DNA from: a virus
Virus record (IMG/VR): IMGVR_UViG_3300021964_000014
Reading direction: 5' to 3' (one strand)
DNA length: 64,000 nucleotides
Shown here: positions 21,281-29,614 of the stretch, in pieces
Position numbering within the stretch: the stretch's first letter is position 1
Layout: the number at the start of each line of letters is the position of its first letter
Notes under the pieces: generated by a model
Told to the model about the DNA's origin: nothing
Databases searched by the model: none
The model's input: the letters and a program-made list of their open reading frames with translations, nothing else
Position numbers and translations under genes: made by a program

Positions 21281-21658
21281 TTAATTATTAAATCCAAGAA
21301 AGAATTCATCTGAGCCGCTATAAAACATTCCACCACTTACAGCTGTAGGTGCAGTATTTTGAGCAGACATTTGTAAAGTACCTTCTTCGTTTACTTTTAT
21401 TTTCTCTTCTCCGTTAACAGAAATACCGAAATAGTCTTCTACTCCGTCTAATTCTAATTGAAAAGAACCTGTTATTTTTAAATCATTTGTTGTAGAATAA
21501 TAAGAACCGGTTTGTTTAAAGATACCATTAGTAAACAACTCTCCGTTTACCGTCAAAGGTCCATCTATATTGAGAGAACCAGATAAATCTAAACTTCCGG
21601 TCAGTGATTTCGAACCGGAAATGTCAGGATCAATTTGTTTCCATTGAATTAATGCCAT
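21281..21658 (-). CDS. Small virion structural protein (125 aa)
   Basis: TGS-rich like the neighbouring fibre proteins; follows the gp15-like gene. Confidence 0.7.
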   Translation of the reverse strand: MALIQWKQIDPDISGSKSLTGSLDLSGSLNIDGPLTVNGELFTNGIFKQTGSYYSTTNDLKITGSFQLELDGVEDYFGISVNGEEKIKVNEEGTLQMSAQNTAPTAVSGGMFYSGSDEFFLGFNN

Positions 21659-21659
21659 C

Positions 21660-22874
21660 TTATCTTATTTTACCGCTTATTACCACTTCATCTCCAGTAC
21701 TTAATGTATATTCTGTTTGTCCTGTTTGAACAACTGCAGATACATCACTACCTAACTGCTGTACTGTGTAGTAATTAGCAGGGATAAACTGTCCGTTAAT
21801 AAATAATGAGAATCTTTCATCACCAGAAGTAAATCCTGCTGGTGTTTCTTCTATATTTCTATTATTGAACAGAGCAGTATTAGTTGTTACATAGTCTGCT
21901 ATAAATGTGTTATGTAAAGCAACATAATTTATCTGTTCTGTTGTCATACCAAATCTCTGAACTCCTAAAGCACCTTGATCGAAGAACCTGTAATCTGCTT
22001 CTGCTTCTGATGTTCTTGATCTTGCTTGTAATTCTTCTATATCTCCTGCTAGTTCCATACCGAAAGTAACTGAAGATTTAGAATAATATTTATTCATACC
22101 AGCTAATTGTGCATTTATACTGTCAGGCACTACATGTCCGTTCATTACTAATGTAAAATTCGTCTTAGCCGCACGATCTTGCCCTTGAGCCAGTTCAGTA
22201 GTCGTAGTATATGAGTCTATTTTTGCTCTAAAACTAAATCTTTCAGGGTCTCCCCAATATCCATCAGAAGCATAGTTAATAGATTCTACTATCTTATTCA
22301 TCTGCTCTATGTAATCAGTAAATATCATACAAGAGTAAGTTAAAGTAACATATTCTGGTACTATTATACCGTAGTATTCATTTATAGGTTCTCTGTTAGT
22401 TATTAAACTAAATCTATCGTAAACATTTTTCTTAGAAAATTGCTTTTTAAATATACCTACATTGATTGGATTAGTTGGATCTACCTTATTACCTAAAGAT
22501 CTGTTTTTATCAACAGAATCTCTTTTAAACATAATGAGAGGCGCTTGAATCTTACCGTTTTTATCACGGTAAAAACCGTCTTTCTGCACAGACTTCCATC
22601 TTTCAGGAGAACCATATAGGATAGGTACGTTTATCTTAGAGCCATTTTGATTTACAGAAGGTTTTATTACATTATTAAAGTAGTATATAATAGTTTCATC
22701 TATATCTCTTAATCCTACTGTAAATCTTTTAGTTTTATCGCCCTTTACTGTTCTTTGATTCTCTCTTTTCTTAGAATTAGGTACAGGAGGTTTGCCAGTA
22801 CTCAATACCGGTTTAATCTCCTTTTGAAGGAGTTCTGCTTGTGATTTTGGAACTGGTTTCTTTCTTCTAGCCAT
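21660..22874 (-). CDS. gp15: Tail terminator / sheath stabiliser (T4 gp15-like) with C-terminal extension
   Basis: VPILYGSPERW, PLIMFKRDS, PEYVTLTYSCMIFTDYIEQMNKIVE; synteny with gp13/gp14-like genes. Confidence 0.75.
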   Translation of the reverse strand: MARRKKPVPKSQAELLQKEIKPVLSTGKPPVPNSKKRENQRTVKGDKTKRFTVGLRDIDETIIYYFNNVIKPSVNQNGSKINVPILYGSPERWKSVQKDGFYRDKNGKIQAPLIMFKRDSVDKNRSLGNKVDPTNPINVGIFKKQFSKKNVYDRFSLITNREPINEYYGIIVPEYVTLTYSCMIFTDYIEQMNKIVESINYASDGYWGDPERFSFRAKIDSYTTTTELAQGQDRAAKTNFTLVMNGHVVPDSINAQLAGMNKYYSKSSVTFGMELAGDIEELQARSRTSEAEADYRFFDQGALGVQRFGMTTEQINYVALHNTFIADYVTTNTALFNNRNIEETPAGFTSGDERFSLFINGQFIPANYYTVQQLGSDVSAVVQTGQTEYTLSTGDEVVISGKIR

Positions 22875-22878
22875 CTAA

Positions 22879-23364
22879 TTATAGTCTTTGTCTAGCGATT
22901 CCTACTTTATCTGCTCTTGTTAAGTGACAATCTAATACTAGAGATATAGATTCTCCGTATCCAGAGGCACGTTCTACATTGTAATTATTATTTCTACCGT
23001 AGAATAACTGGTTCTCCTTAACTGAATCTACTTCATAATAGTCTTCATGCCACATTACTATATCCCCTACCTCAGGAACAAGTTGTATATCTTCTAAATC
23101 TCTTCTTAATAGTGCAAATGATGCTTCTCTTCCTAAATCAGGTCCAAATTCATCTACATTATATACTTGATCACCTCTAGTTATTAAACAATTTAACTTT
23201 ACTGCTTCTAAGTAAGTCTTTTCTAATGCTTCTCCGTATAAATTAGTAGAAGTATCAGCAATACTGAGCTTGTAGATGAGTATTTCTTGCTCAACTACAT
23301 CTTTTAATAGCTCTCTATTAATACTTACTAATAGATCAAAATCTCTGTTACTTCCAAATAGCAT
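22879..23364 (-). CDS. gp14: Neck/head-closure protein (T4 gp14-like)
   Basis: NLYGEA...K.Y, DEFGPD, VPEVGDIVMW...YYEV motifs; position after gp13-like gene. Confidence 0.75.
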   Translation of the reverse strand: MLFGSNRDFDLLVSINRELLKDVVEQEILIYKLSIADTSTNLYGEALEKTYLEAVKLNCLITRGDQVYNVDEFGPDLGREASFALLRRDLEDIQLVPEVGDIVMWHEDYYEVDSVKENQLFYGRNNNYNVERASGYGESISLVLDCHLTRADKVGIARQRL

Positions 23365-23663
23365 TACTTCTTTTCTATTGTTTCTTCTGCTATCTCAATC
23401 TTAATTATATTAGGATATTTTGATGTAGCATTGTTTTTAAACGAATTAAACGCCTCTGAGGCTTCTTTCTGACTTATTAGTTTCACTTTAAACGTCATTG
23501 CACCCATTTCTGCTGATGAACCAGCATTAGTTACTGTGGTAACTCCGGGTAAAGCACGTAAAAGTTCAGCTAAATTTTCACTTTCACCTTCTTTGAACAT
23601 AACACGTACCATACCTTCATAGGTATTAAATAATATCTGTTCTATTATGGTGATTAATTTCAT
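23364..23663 (-). CDS. Hypothetical protein (99 aa) with cargo-like leader MKLITIIEQ
   Basis: ORF coupled to both neighbours; LRALPGVTTV small alpha/beta domain. Confidence 0.7.
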   Translation of the reverse strand: MKLITIIEQILFNTYEGMVRVMFKEGESENLAELLRALPGVTTVTNAGSSAEMGAMTFKVKLISQKEASEAFNSFKNNATSKYPNIIKIEIAEETIEKK

Positions 23664-24805
23664 TATCCTACATGTATAGTCAGTGGAACATTCGATAAGG
23701 TAGTTTTAAGGAATTCAGCCTCTTGAGACTGTGCTTCCATCTGAGATCCTCTCGATGTTTCGTTTAACATTTCTCTTAAGTTAGTCAATAAAGCATCTTT
23801 TTCTGTTCTAGCATCAGCTAACAAGTCAGATTGATTTAATGTTGCTTCTGAGCCTGGTACTGGTACTGTTTGATACTTTCCTCTTATGTACCCTAGTAGT
23901 TCTTTAGCTAATGCTAAAGTATATTTAAAGATCCACTGTCTTCCTACACTATTAATATGTTCATATGTTGGGTTATTATAAGGAACTTCTGCTACATTAG
24001 TAATTAGCCCTGGGGAATTATTAAAGTTGATAGCAGATTTATCATCTGACTTATAGTATTCAAACATTAAACGACCACTATTAGTAGGTACTGGGAATAC
24101 TTTTAATTGGTTATTTACTAATTCAAAAGTAAATGTTGATTTTCTTATTTGATCATTAAATTCTATTGCTTGAGTCTTTAATATATCGTAAGAAGCTGGC
24201 ATTAATAAGAAATTAACACCGGGACTATAAGCTCCAAATTCAAAAGCGTCCATTAATGACTGTATACCTGTACCTGTACCAGCATATGGGTCAAAGTACC
24301 TCTGTATTGCTGGTGGTGCTTCATAAAATACCTTTCTTATCTCTATTCCACCTACTATTCCTTGGTCAGATGCCCAAGCATCTAAATCATAGTTTTGAAG
24401 TGAAGCAGTGATATCTAAAGAGCCTGAGTATTTAGTTACGTTACCGCCTACTCCTGCTTCAGTCCCGTAGTTTTTAGCAATCTGTACAAATCTATTTATA
24501 TTTGATTCTACTAATTGATTATTTACAGAACTACCGGTAGAAGCTCCTTCTAAATTTAGATAATTTTCTCTAATTTTATATTGAAATACTTCGTTACCGT
24601 AAGTAGTAATAGCTTCTTCAAAGCAAGCATAAAAAGAACCAGACTGGAGTTCTACGTCCATTAACGGATATCCTAGTCTAGTAGCACAGAATGTAGCAAC
24701 TTTATCTGCATCCGATTGAAAGGATGTATCGTTGTCATAAAATCCGAAAGGAGTAGATCCTGTAGTGAAATTTGAAGATCCGTTCCATATACTAATATTG
24801 GCCAT
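23663..24805 (-). CDS. gp13: Neck/head-tail adaptor (T4 gp13-like)
   Basis: RLGYPLMDVEL, WIFKYTLALAKELLGYIRGKY..VPVPGSEATLN, ends LTIHVG. Confidence 0.85.
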   Translation of the reverse strand: MANISIWNGSSNFTTGSTPFGFYDNDTSFQSDADKVATFCATRLGYPLMDVELQSGSFYACFEEAITTYGNEVFQYKIRENYLNLEGASTGSSVNNQLVESNINRFVQIAKNYGTEAGVGGNVTKYSGSLDITASLQNYDLDAWASDQGIVGGIEIRKVFYEAPPAIQRYFDPYAGTGTGIQSLMDAFEFGAYSPGVNFLLMPASYDILKTQAIEFNDQIRKSTFTFELVNNQLKVFPVPTNSGRLMFEYYKSDDKSAINFNNSPGLITNVAEVPYNNPTYEHINSVGRQWIFKYTLALAKELLGYIRGKYQTVPVPGSEATLNQSDLLADARTEKDALLTNLREMLNETSRGSQMEAQSQEAEFLKTTLSNVPLTIHVG

Positions 24806-24817
24806 AGAGTATAGTTT

Positions 24818-24829
24818 TATAATAAATAG
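24818..24829 (-). promoter_or_regulatory. Putative late promoter CTATTTATTATA
   Basis: Identical to the 8036-8047 motif. Confidence 0.65.
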
Positions 24830-24850
24830 TAAGGTATTGTAATAAGAGCT

Positions 24851-25537
24851 TTAATCTCTAAACGTTTTATATACCTTGAGTATTGGAGACACTATTTCAT
24901 GTCTATGATTCTGTTCCAATGAATGTGTAACAAAGCCTTCAACTTGTTCTTCTAACCTAGAAAGAAAAGAAAACCCAGTTTCTCTTTTATCTTTTAAATC
25001 AATCTGAGCTATATCCCCACATATTACCATTTTACTTCCCTTTCCTAATCTACCTATAACGGTTTCCATTTGAGGGTGTGTAACATTTTGTGCTTCATCA
25101 ACTATTACAAATGCATCTACAAACGTTCTACCTCTCATGAAAGCAAATGGTACTATCTCTATAGTTCCTTTTTCAATTTCTTTATCTACCTTTTCTTTAT
25201 TGTATAACATATACAAGTTATGATAGATAGGAGCTAACCATGGGTCCATTTTTTCTCTAATATCTCCAGGTAAAAATCCTATTGACTCTTTAGAAACTGT
25301 AGGACGTGTGATTATAATCTTTTTTACTTGTTTTCTAAATAATAAATCTAATCCTACTTGAGTAGCAACTAATGTTTTACCGCTACCGGCCATTCCCTTA
25401 AGTACTGTTATTGGTGAGTTAAGAATTAAAGCTTTTGCTTTCTTTTGTTCCTCATTTAACGTAACATTGAATTTAATTGGACCCTTTGGTCTTCTTTTTA
25501 AGACGAAGACCTCGTCTGTGTGGTGGTTTGATGACAT
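24851..25537 (-). CDS. phoH: PhoH family ATPase
   Basis: GMAGSGKT, IIITRP, GFLPGD, FMRGRTF, IVDEAQN, RLGKGSK, GDIAQID, NHRH; ATG at 25537 preferred over TTG at 25543. Confidence 0.95.
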   Translation of the reverse strand: MSSNHHTDEVFVLKRRPKGPIKFNVTLNEEQKKAKALILNSPITVLKGMAGSGKTLVATQVGLDLLFRKQVKKIIITRPTVSKESIGFLPGDIREKMDPWLAPIYHNLYMLYNKEKVDKEIEKGTIEIVPFAFMRGRTFVDAFVIVDEAQNVTHPQMETVIGRLGKGSKMVICGDIAQIDLKDKRETGFSFLSRLEEQVEGFVTHSLEQNHRHEIVSPILKVYKTFRD

Positions 25538-25560
25538 AGGCAAAAAACGTTTATTGTATA

Positions 25561-25571
25561 ATAATAAATAG
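25561..25571 (-). promoter_or_regulatory. Putative late promoter CTATTTATTAT
   Basis: Recurrent motif between the capsid terminator and phoH. Confidence 0.6.
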
Positions 25572-25587
25572 TTGATCGCTAGTAAAT

Positions 25588-25620
25588 AAAAAAAAGAAAG
25601 GGGCCAAAAAGGCCCCTCTC
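25588..25620 (-). terminator. Rho-independent terminator after the major capsid gene
   Basis: GAGAGGGGCC-UUUUU-GGCCCCUUUC followed by U8. Confidence 0.9.
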
Positions 25621-25646
25621 AAATATATCCAATATCTAGATTAGAA

Positions 25647-27218
25647 TTACACTGCTAACATGTCAGAGATGTAAATCTTACCGTAGAATTCTGGTCTAAT
25701 CATCTTCTTCGCATAACGAGTCATGATACCTTTTCTTGGAGTGAAGGTATTAGGATCGTATACTAAAGGAGTCATGATTAATGGTACATATGGAGCATAT
25801 ACAGCACCACTTTCTAGGAACTGACCACCTCTAAATCCTAATAGGATAGTGTTTTCAGTCATATAAGGGTTTTTGTATACTTTATATCTACCGTTAAGTT
25901 GTCCAACTTTTTGAACACCCATTGCAAACTCAGCTTGGTCACCGTCAGTTTGTGCAGCATATCCTGGAATAGATTCTAAGATAGTTGCAACTGCTGGAGA
26001 ACATACTAGGAAGTTAGCACCTCCTCTAAGAGTTTTTTGGTGAATTTTGTTAGATACTTTTTGGATTTTAGTTCCTAAAGTTTGGAACCATTGTCCTTGA
26101 GTATTGTAGAATCCACTTGAAGCAGTAGCCCAAGCAGAACCATTCCATACTCTATTGTTTTCAGCAGACCACTTTTCAGTTGTTCTTGCACCGCCGATCA
26201 ACATATCTAAGATCTCAAGATCAATCTCCATAGAGATATACTCACTCAATAAAGATGTTAACTCAGCCTCAGCATCAATACTGTGGTAAGCGTTAAGATC
26301 TTGAGCGAATTCTGGAGTCCATTGTGCTTTCAACTTTCTAGTTTTAGCAACAACTGCCTCAGATTTTAACTCTACATTGATTTCTGGGATGTTGATAGAT
26401 CCAGCAGGAGCGTCTTCAAAGTCTCCTCTTGAATTGTCAGCTGGTACAGCATGCCATTTGATAGCACCTGTAATTGCACCTGCAGCAGTTGCTGTTTTAG
26501 CGATTACAAATACTAAATTACCACTACCGTCAACATAAGTCAATTCAGGGTTAGAAGTAATGTCAGTTGACCCAGATAAGATTCTGAAAGCTCTTACACC
26601 GTCAACATCATATCCAGCAGGAGCTGCAGCAGATACTGTAAAGTAATCAGCAGGATCCTTGTCGTCGTCAAAGTTTACTGATGCAGATGCAGCAGATCCA
26701 GTAGCGACAGCAGATAGAGCAACGTCAGATCCAGTAGCGACAGTATATCCGAATGCACCAGCACCGTATAGACCACCAGAAGGATCAACATCTACTCCCA
26801 TTTTATTCACAACTGATACGTTTCCGTATAAGCTTGAATCGTTAGTTTTTCCGTGTCCAGCAGTACCGTATTTAAAGTCTAAATAAAATACTAGTCCAGA
26901 AGGAAGGTTCATTGGTTGTACAGAGACGAAATCTTTAGATGAGATTTGTGCGAATACCTTTCTTACTAAAGGTAGAGCAACACCAGCCCATTGTTCAGAT
27001 CCACCACCTGCAGCGCCGATTGCAGAAGTACCAGTAGATGATTGCTCAGCTACGATTTGTTTTGCTTGGTTCTCTAACATGATAGACATGTTAGCTGTGT
27101 CTTTTTCGTTTAGACCTTCAAGCAATCCAGAAGCACCCCACTTATCAGCTAACCTTTTTGCGTCTTCTTGAAGGGCTTTGTAGCCGTTCGCGCTTTCTAA
27201 TAGGTTGTTAATTTCCAT
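25647..27218 (-). CDS. gp23: Major capsid protein (T4 gp23 family)
   Basis: VSVQPMNLPSGLVFYL, AKTRKLKAQWTPEFAQDLNAYHSIDAEAEL, YAPYVPL, DPNTFTPRKGIMTRYA; propeptide probably ends at IVAE. Confidence 0.97.
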   Translation of the reverse strand: MEINNLLESANGYKALQEDAKRLADKWGASGLLEGLNEKDTANMSIMLENQAKQIVAEQSSTGTSAIGAAGGGSEQWAGVALPLVRKVFAQISSKDFVSVQPMNLPSGLVFYLDFKYGTAGHGKTNDSSLYGNVSVVNKMGVDVDPSGGLYGAGAFGYTVATGSDVALSAVATGSAASASVNFDDDKDPADYFTVSAAAPAGYDVDGVRAFRILSGSTDITSNPELTYVDGSGNLVFVIAKTATAAGAITGAIKWHAVPADNSRGDFEDAPAGSINIPEINVELKSEAVVAKTRKLKAQWTPEFAQDLNAYHSIDAEAELTSLLSEYISMEIDLEILDMLIGGARTTEKWSAENNRVWNGSAWATASSGFYNTQGQWFQTLGTKIQKVSNKIHQKTLRGGANFLVCSPAVATILESIPGYAAQTDGDQAEFAMGVQKVGQLNGRYKVYKNPYMTENTILLGFRGGQFLESGAVYAPYVPLIMTPLVYDPNTFTPRKGIMTRYAKKMIRPEFYGKIYISDMLAV

Positions 27219-27254
27219 GATAAATTAAGTTTTTAAAAATTTGTGTTAATTTGA

Positions 27255-28289
27255 TTAAATAATACCAGCTAATTTTTGCATTCTTTGCACCGCAGAAGAT
27301 ACTTCACTAATTACTTCTGGTTTACTTGCAGTAGTTCCAGTAGCTTTAGATGCACTTCCTAATTTGCTTTCGTTTACTTTAGTTGTCTTTTTAGTTACAA
27401 CGTTTTCAGATACTGTTTCGAATACTAATTTTACTTCTTTAACAGTTTCTGCTTTATCAAAAGCAGCGATGATGTTAACTTTTTGACTCTCACTAAGGTT
27501 GTTAGCTTTGAATACTTTATTAACATACATAAGTTTTGCGTTTAGAAGATTTACTTCCTGTAGTTGACTCTGTAAAGTTTCAATAGTTGCTAAAGCTTCT
27601 GTTAATTCAGAATTGTCTTCTTCTTTAACTTCTTCTTCGTTTACTACATCTTCTTTTACTTCCTCTTCTACTTCTTCAGTAACTTCTTCTTCAATTTCCT
27701 CGTTAGTAGCTGATTCTAACTCGGCTAATAATTCGTCTAGATCGATTTCGTCATCTTCAGCACCTACTTCCATGTCGTCCATTGCTGGTTCCATTTCCGC
27801 ACCTGCGTCCATATCTACTCCGTCTAGCTCTTCTTCTCCACCGTCACCCATTTCTTGAGCGATAATGTCTCTGATAAGGTTCTTTAGGTCATCGACTTCC
27901 ATGTCTTTAACTTCAATATCCTCATCTTCCTCTTCGGCTTCTACCTCTTCGTCGCCTTCAGCTTCGTCCTCAGATTCTTCTGAGTCATCCTCGGCTTCTA
28001 CTACGTCTGATTCTTCCATCTTATCATCGTCGTCGCTATGCATTGCTTCTTCTACTCCTTCAGATTCTTCAACAGCTGTATCAACTGCTTCCTCTACTTC
28101 TTCTTCGACTTCGTTTACTACTTCTTCTTCAACTTTGGAATCTTCCATTTCTTGAAGTTTAGCAGCTAACATGTCCTTTAGATGTGGAGTTAAAGACTCT
28201 TCTAGAGCTTCTTTAGCGTTAGCAATAGCGGCTTCTCTAATAGATTTAGCTTCAGCAATAGCTTGCTTGAATAAATCTTTGTTTGCCAT
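27255..28289 (-). CDS. Prohead core scaffolding protein (gp22-like)
   Basis: Very acidic and coiled-coil, many x-x-E sites, ends RMQKLAGII; lies directly upstream of the capsid gene. Confidence 0.85.
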   Translation of the reverse strand: MANKDLFKQAIAEAKSIREAAIANAKEALEESLTPHLKDMLAAKLQEMEDSKVEEEVVNEVEEEVEEAVDTAVEESEGVEEAMHSDDDDKMEESDVVEAEDDSEESEDEAEGDEEVEAEEEDEDIEVKDMEVDDLKNLIRDIIAQEMGDGGEEELDGVDMDAGAEMEPAMDDMEVGAEDDEIDLDELLAELESATNEEIEEEVTEEVEEEVKEDVVNEEEVKEEDNSELTEALATIETLQSQLQEVNLLNAKLMYVNKVFKANNLSESQKVNIIAAFDKAETVKEVKLVFETVSENVVTKKTTKVNESKLGSASKATGTTASKPEVISEVSSAVQRMQKLAGII

Positions 28290-28312
28290 TATTAAAAATT
28301 TTGTTTGATTTC

Positions 28313-28374
28313 TACGATTATTTTAATCGTAATAGGAAAGTTCGTTTTTTTTCATACAGTATAGATGACTGTAT
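28313..28374 (-). promoter_or_regulatory. Two perfect hairpins in the long leader of the scaffold-capsid operon
   Basis: TACGATTA-N3-TAATCGTA (28313-28331) and ATACAGT-N7-ACTGTAT (28354-28374). Confidence 0.6.
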
Positions 28375-28381
28375 ATTCGTA

Positions 28382-28390
28382 TATAAATAT
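28382..28390 (-). promoter_or_regulatory. Putative late promoter ATATTTATA
   Basis: Recurrent motif about 90 nt upstream of the scaffold ATG. Confidence 0.6.
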
Positions 28391-28427
28391 ATACTTATTC
28401 TGGAAAACTAAGTAAATCTGAAAAAAA

Positions 28428-29033
28428 TTATACTACACCAGATAACTTAGGTGCTAACTTTTTAACCGCTATTATAAGCTCGTCTGCTTTAGTACCAGAA
28501 AGTCCTGCTTCAACTGCACCCATAATAGGGCTGCCAGATGTTAAAGCTTGAATTGAGCCGTAAACCGAGAATGCAGCTGCGATGGCAACTCCGACATATA
28601 AAAGAAATTCTGCAGCTGTTGTTAACTTTTCATCATTTACTTTACCATTTTCATCAGTATAAAATTTAGATGCGAACCCAGTGTTTTTTATAACCCACTT
28701 GATAATCTTAATATACTTCTTATGTAAGTTATGACCTTGATCTTCTATCCATTTAGCAGCTTTGACTTCTTTATCTTGTTCCTCTTCGCTTTTGCCTAGA
28801 AGTTTTTTAAAAATTTTTACTACCCACTGTACTATTCTACCTATATATTCTATAATTTTTGGAGCTGCTAATATTGCGCCAATAATTAAAGGAATGCCTA
28901 CAGCTTCATCTAATTTTCTTTGTTCTTCTTCAGAAAGAGTGGATAGAGGAAGGTCATCACGTAATGGGGCTTCTAAAGCTAGCCTTAATCCTCTTTCTTC
29001 TGCGGATTCTAATATAAGTTCAGATAGTTTCAT
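28428..29033 (-). CDS. Putative membrane protein (201 aa) with cargo-like leader MKLSELILES
   Basis: Hydrophobic segments VGIPLIIGAILAAP and FLLYVGVAIAAAFSVYG; sits between protease and scaffold. Confidence 0.7.
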   Translation of the reverse strand: MKLSELILESAEERGLRLALEAPLRDDLPLSTLSEEEQRKLDEAVGIPLIIGAILAAPKIIEYIGRIVQWVVKIFKKLLGKSEEEQDKEVKAAKWIEDQGHNLHKKYIKIIKWVIKNTGFASKFYTDENGKVNDEKLTTAAEFLLYVGVAIAAAFSVYGSIQALTSGSPIMGAVEAGLSGTKADELIIAVKKLAPKLSGVV

Positions 29034-29611
29034 TACGCTCTTAATATATCGTTAATAATAGAATCTAAATTCATATATTTAGAAACTTTCTTTTTACCTT
29101 CATTTAACGATATAGGGTTCATAAATGCACCGTGAGTAGAAGGATTAGATACAAAGTCCCAACATACTAATTCAAAGTCTGGTTGTACTTCTAAATTACC
29201 TTCGTTAGTCTGTTGAACTGATCCGGTACCTCTAGAACTAATACCGATAGTATGTCCTGCTTTGATTATTTCTTTTACAATATTACCTGCTGGTGTATTT
29301 AGTAACTCAACTTTACCCATTAAGTCATCACCTTTCCACCATAGGTCTTTTACAATATGAGAAGCATTTTTTAAAGATACAACAGGAGATTCAGGATGAT
29401 CTAATTCACCATATGCATTACCATTCTTAACGAATTCATCCATATACTTACTCATCTCTCTTTCTAATATAGCTTTAGAATAAACTCTACCGTTTTGATT
29501 CTTAGCTGTTGCTCTTTGCATAACACCTTCAACCTCAAATACACCTGGTCTAGTTTTTGACTCGGTAATAATAGGCCTAAATGTTGATACTTCTACTAAT
29601 AATTGTGCCAT
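29033..29611 (-). CDS. gp21: Prohead core protease (T4 gp21 family)
   Basis: NQNGRVY, GELDHP (catalytic His), GISSRGTGS (catalytic Ser), WDFVSNPSTHGAF. Confidence 0.95.
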   Translation of the reverse strand: MAQLLVEVSTFRPIITESKTRPGVFEVEGVMQRATAKNQNGRVYSKAILEREMSKYMDEFVKNGNAYGELDHPESPVVSLKNASHIVKDLWWKGDDLMGKVELLNTPAGNIVKEIIKAGHTIGISSRGTGSVQQTNEGNLEVQPDFELVCWDFVSNPSTHGAFMNPISLNEGKKKVSKYMNLDSIINDILRA

Positions 29612-29614
29612 GTC

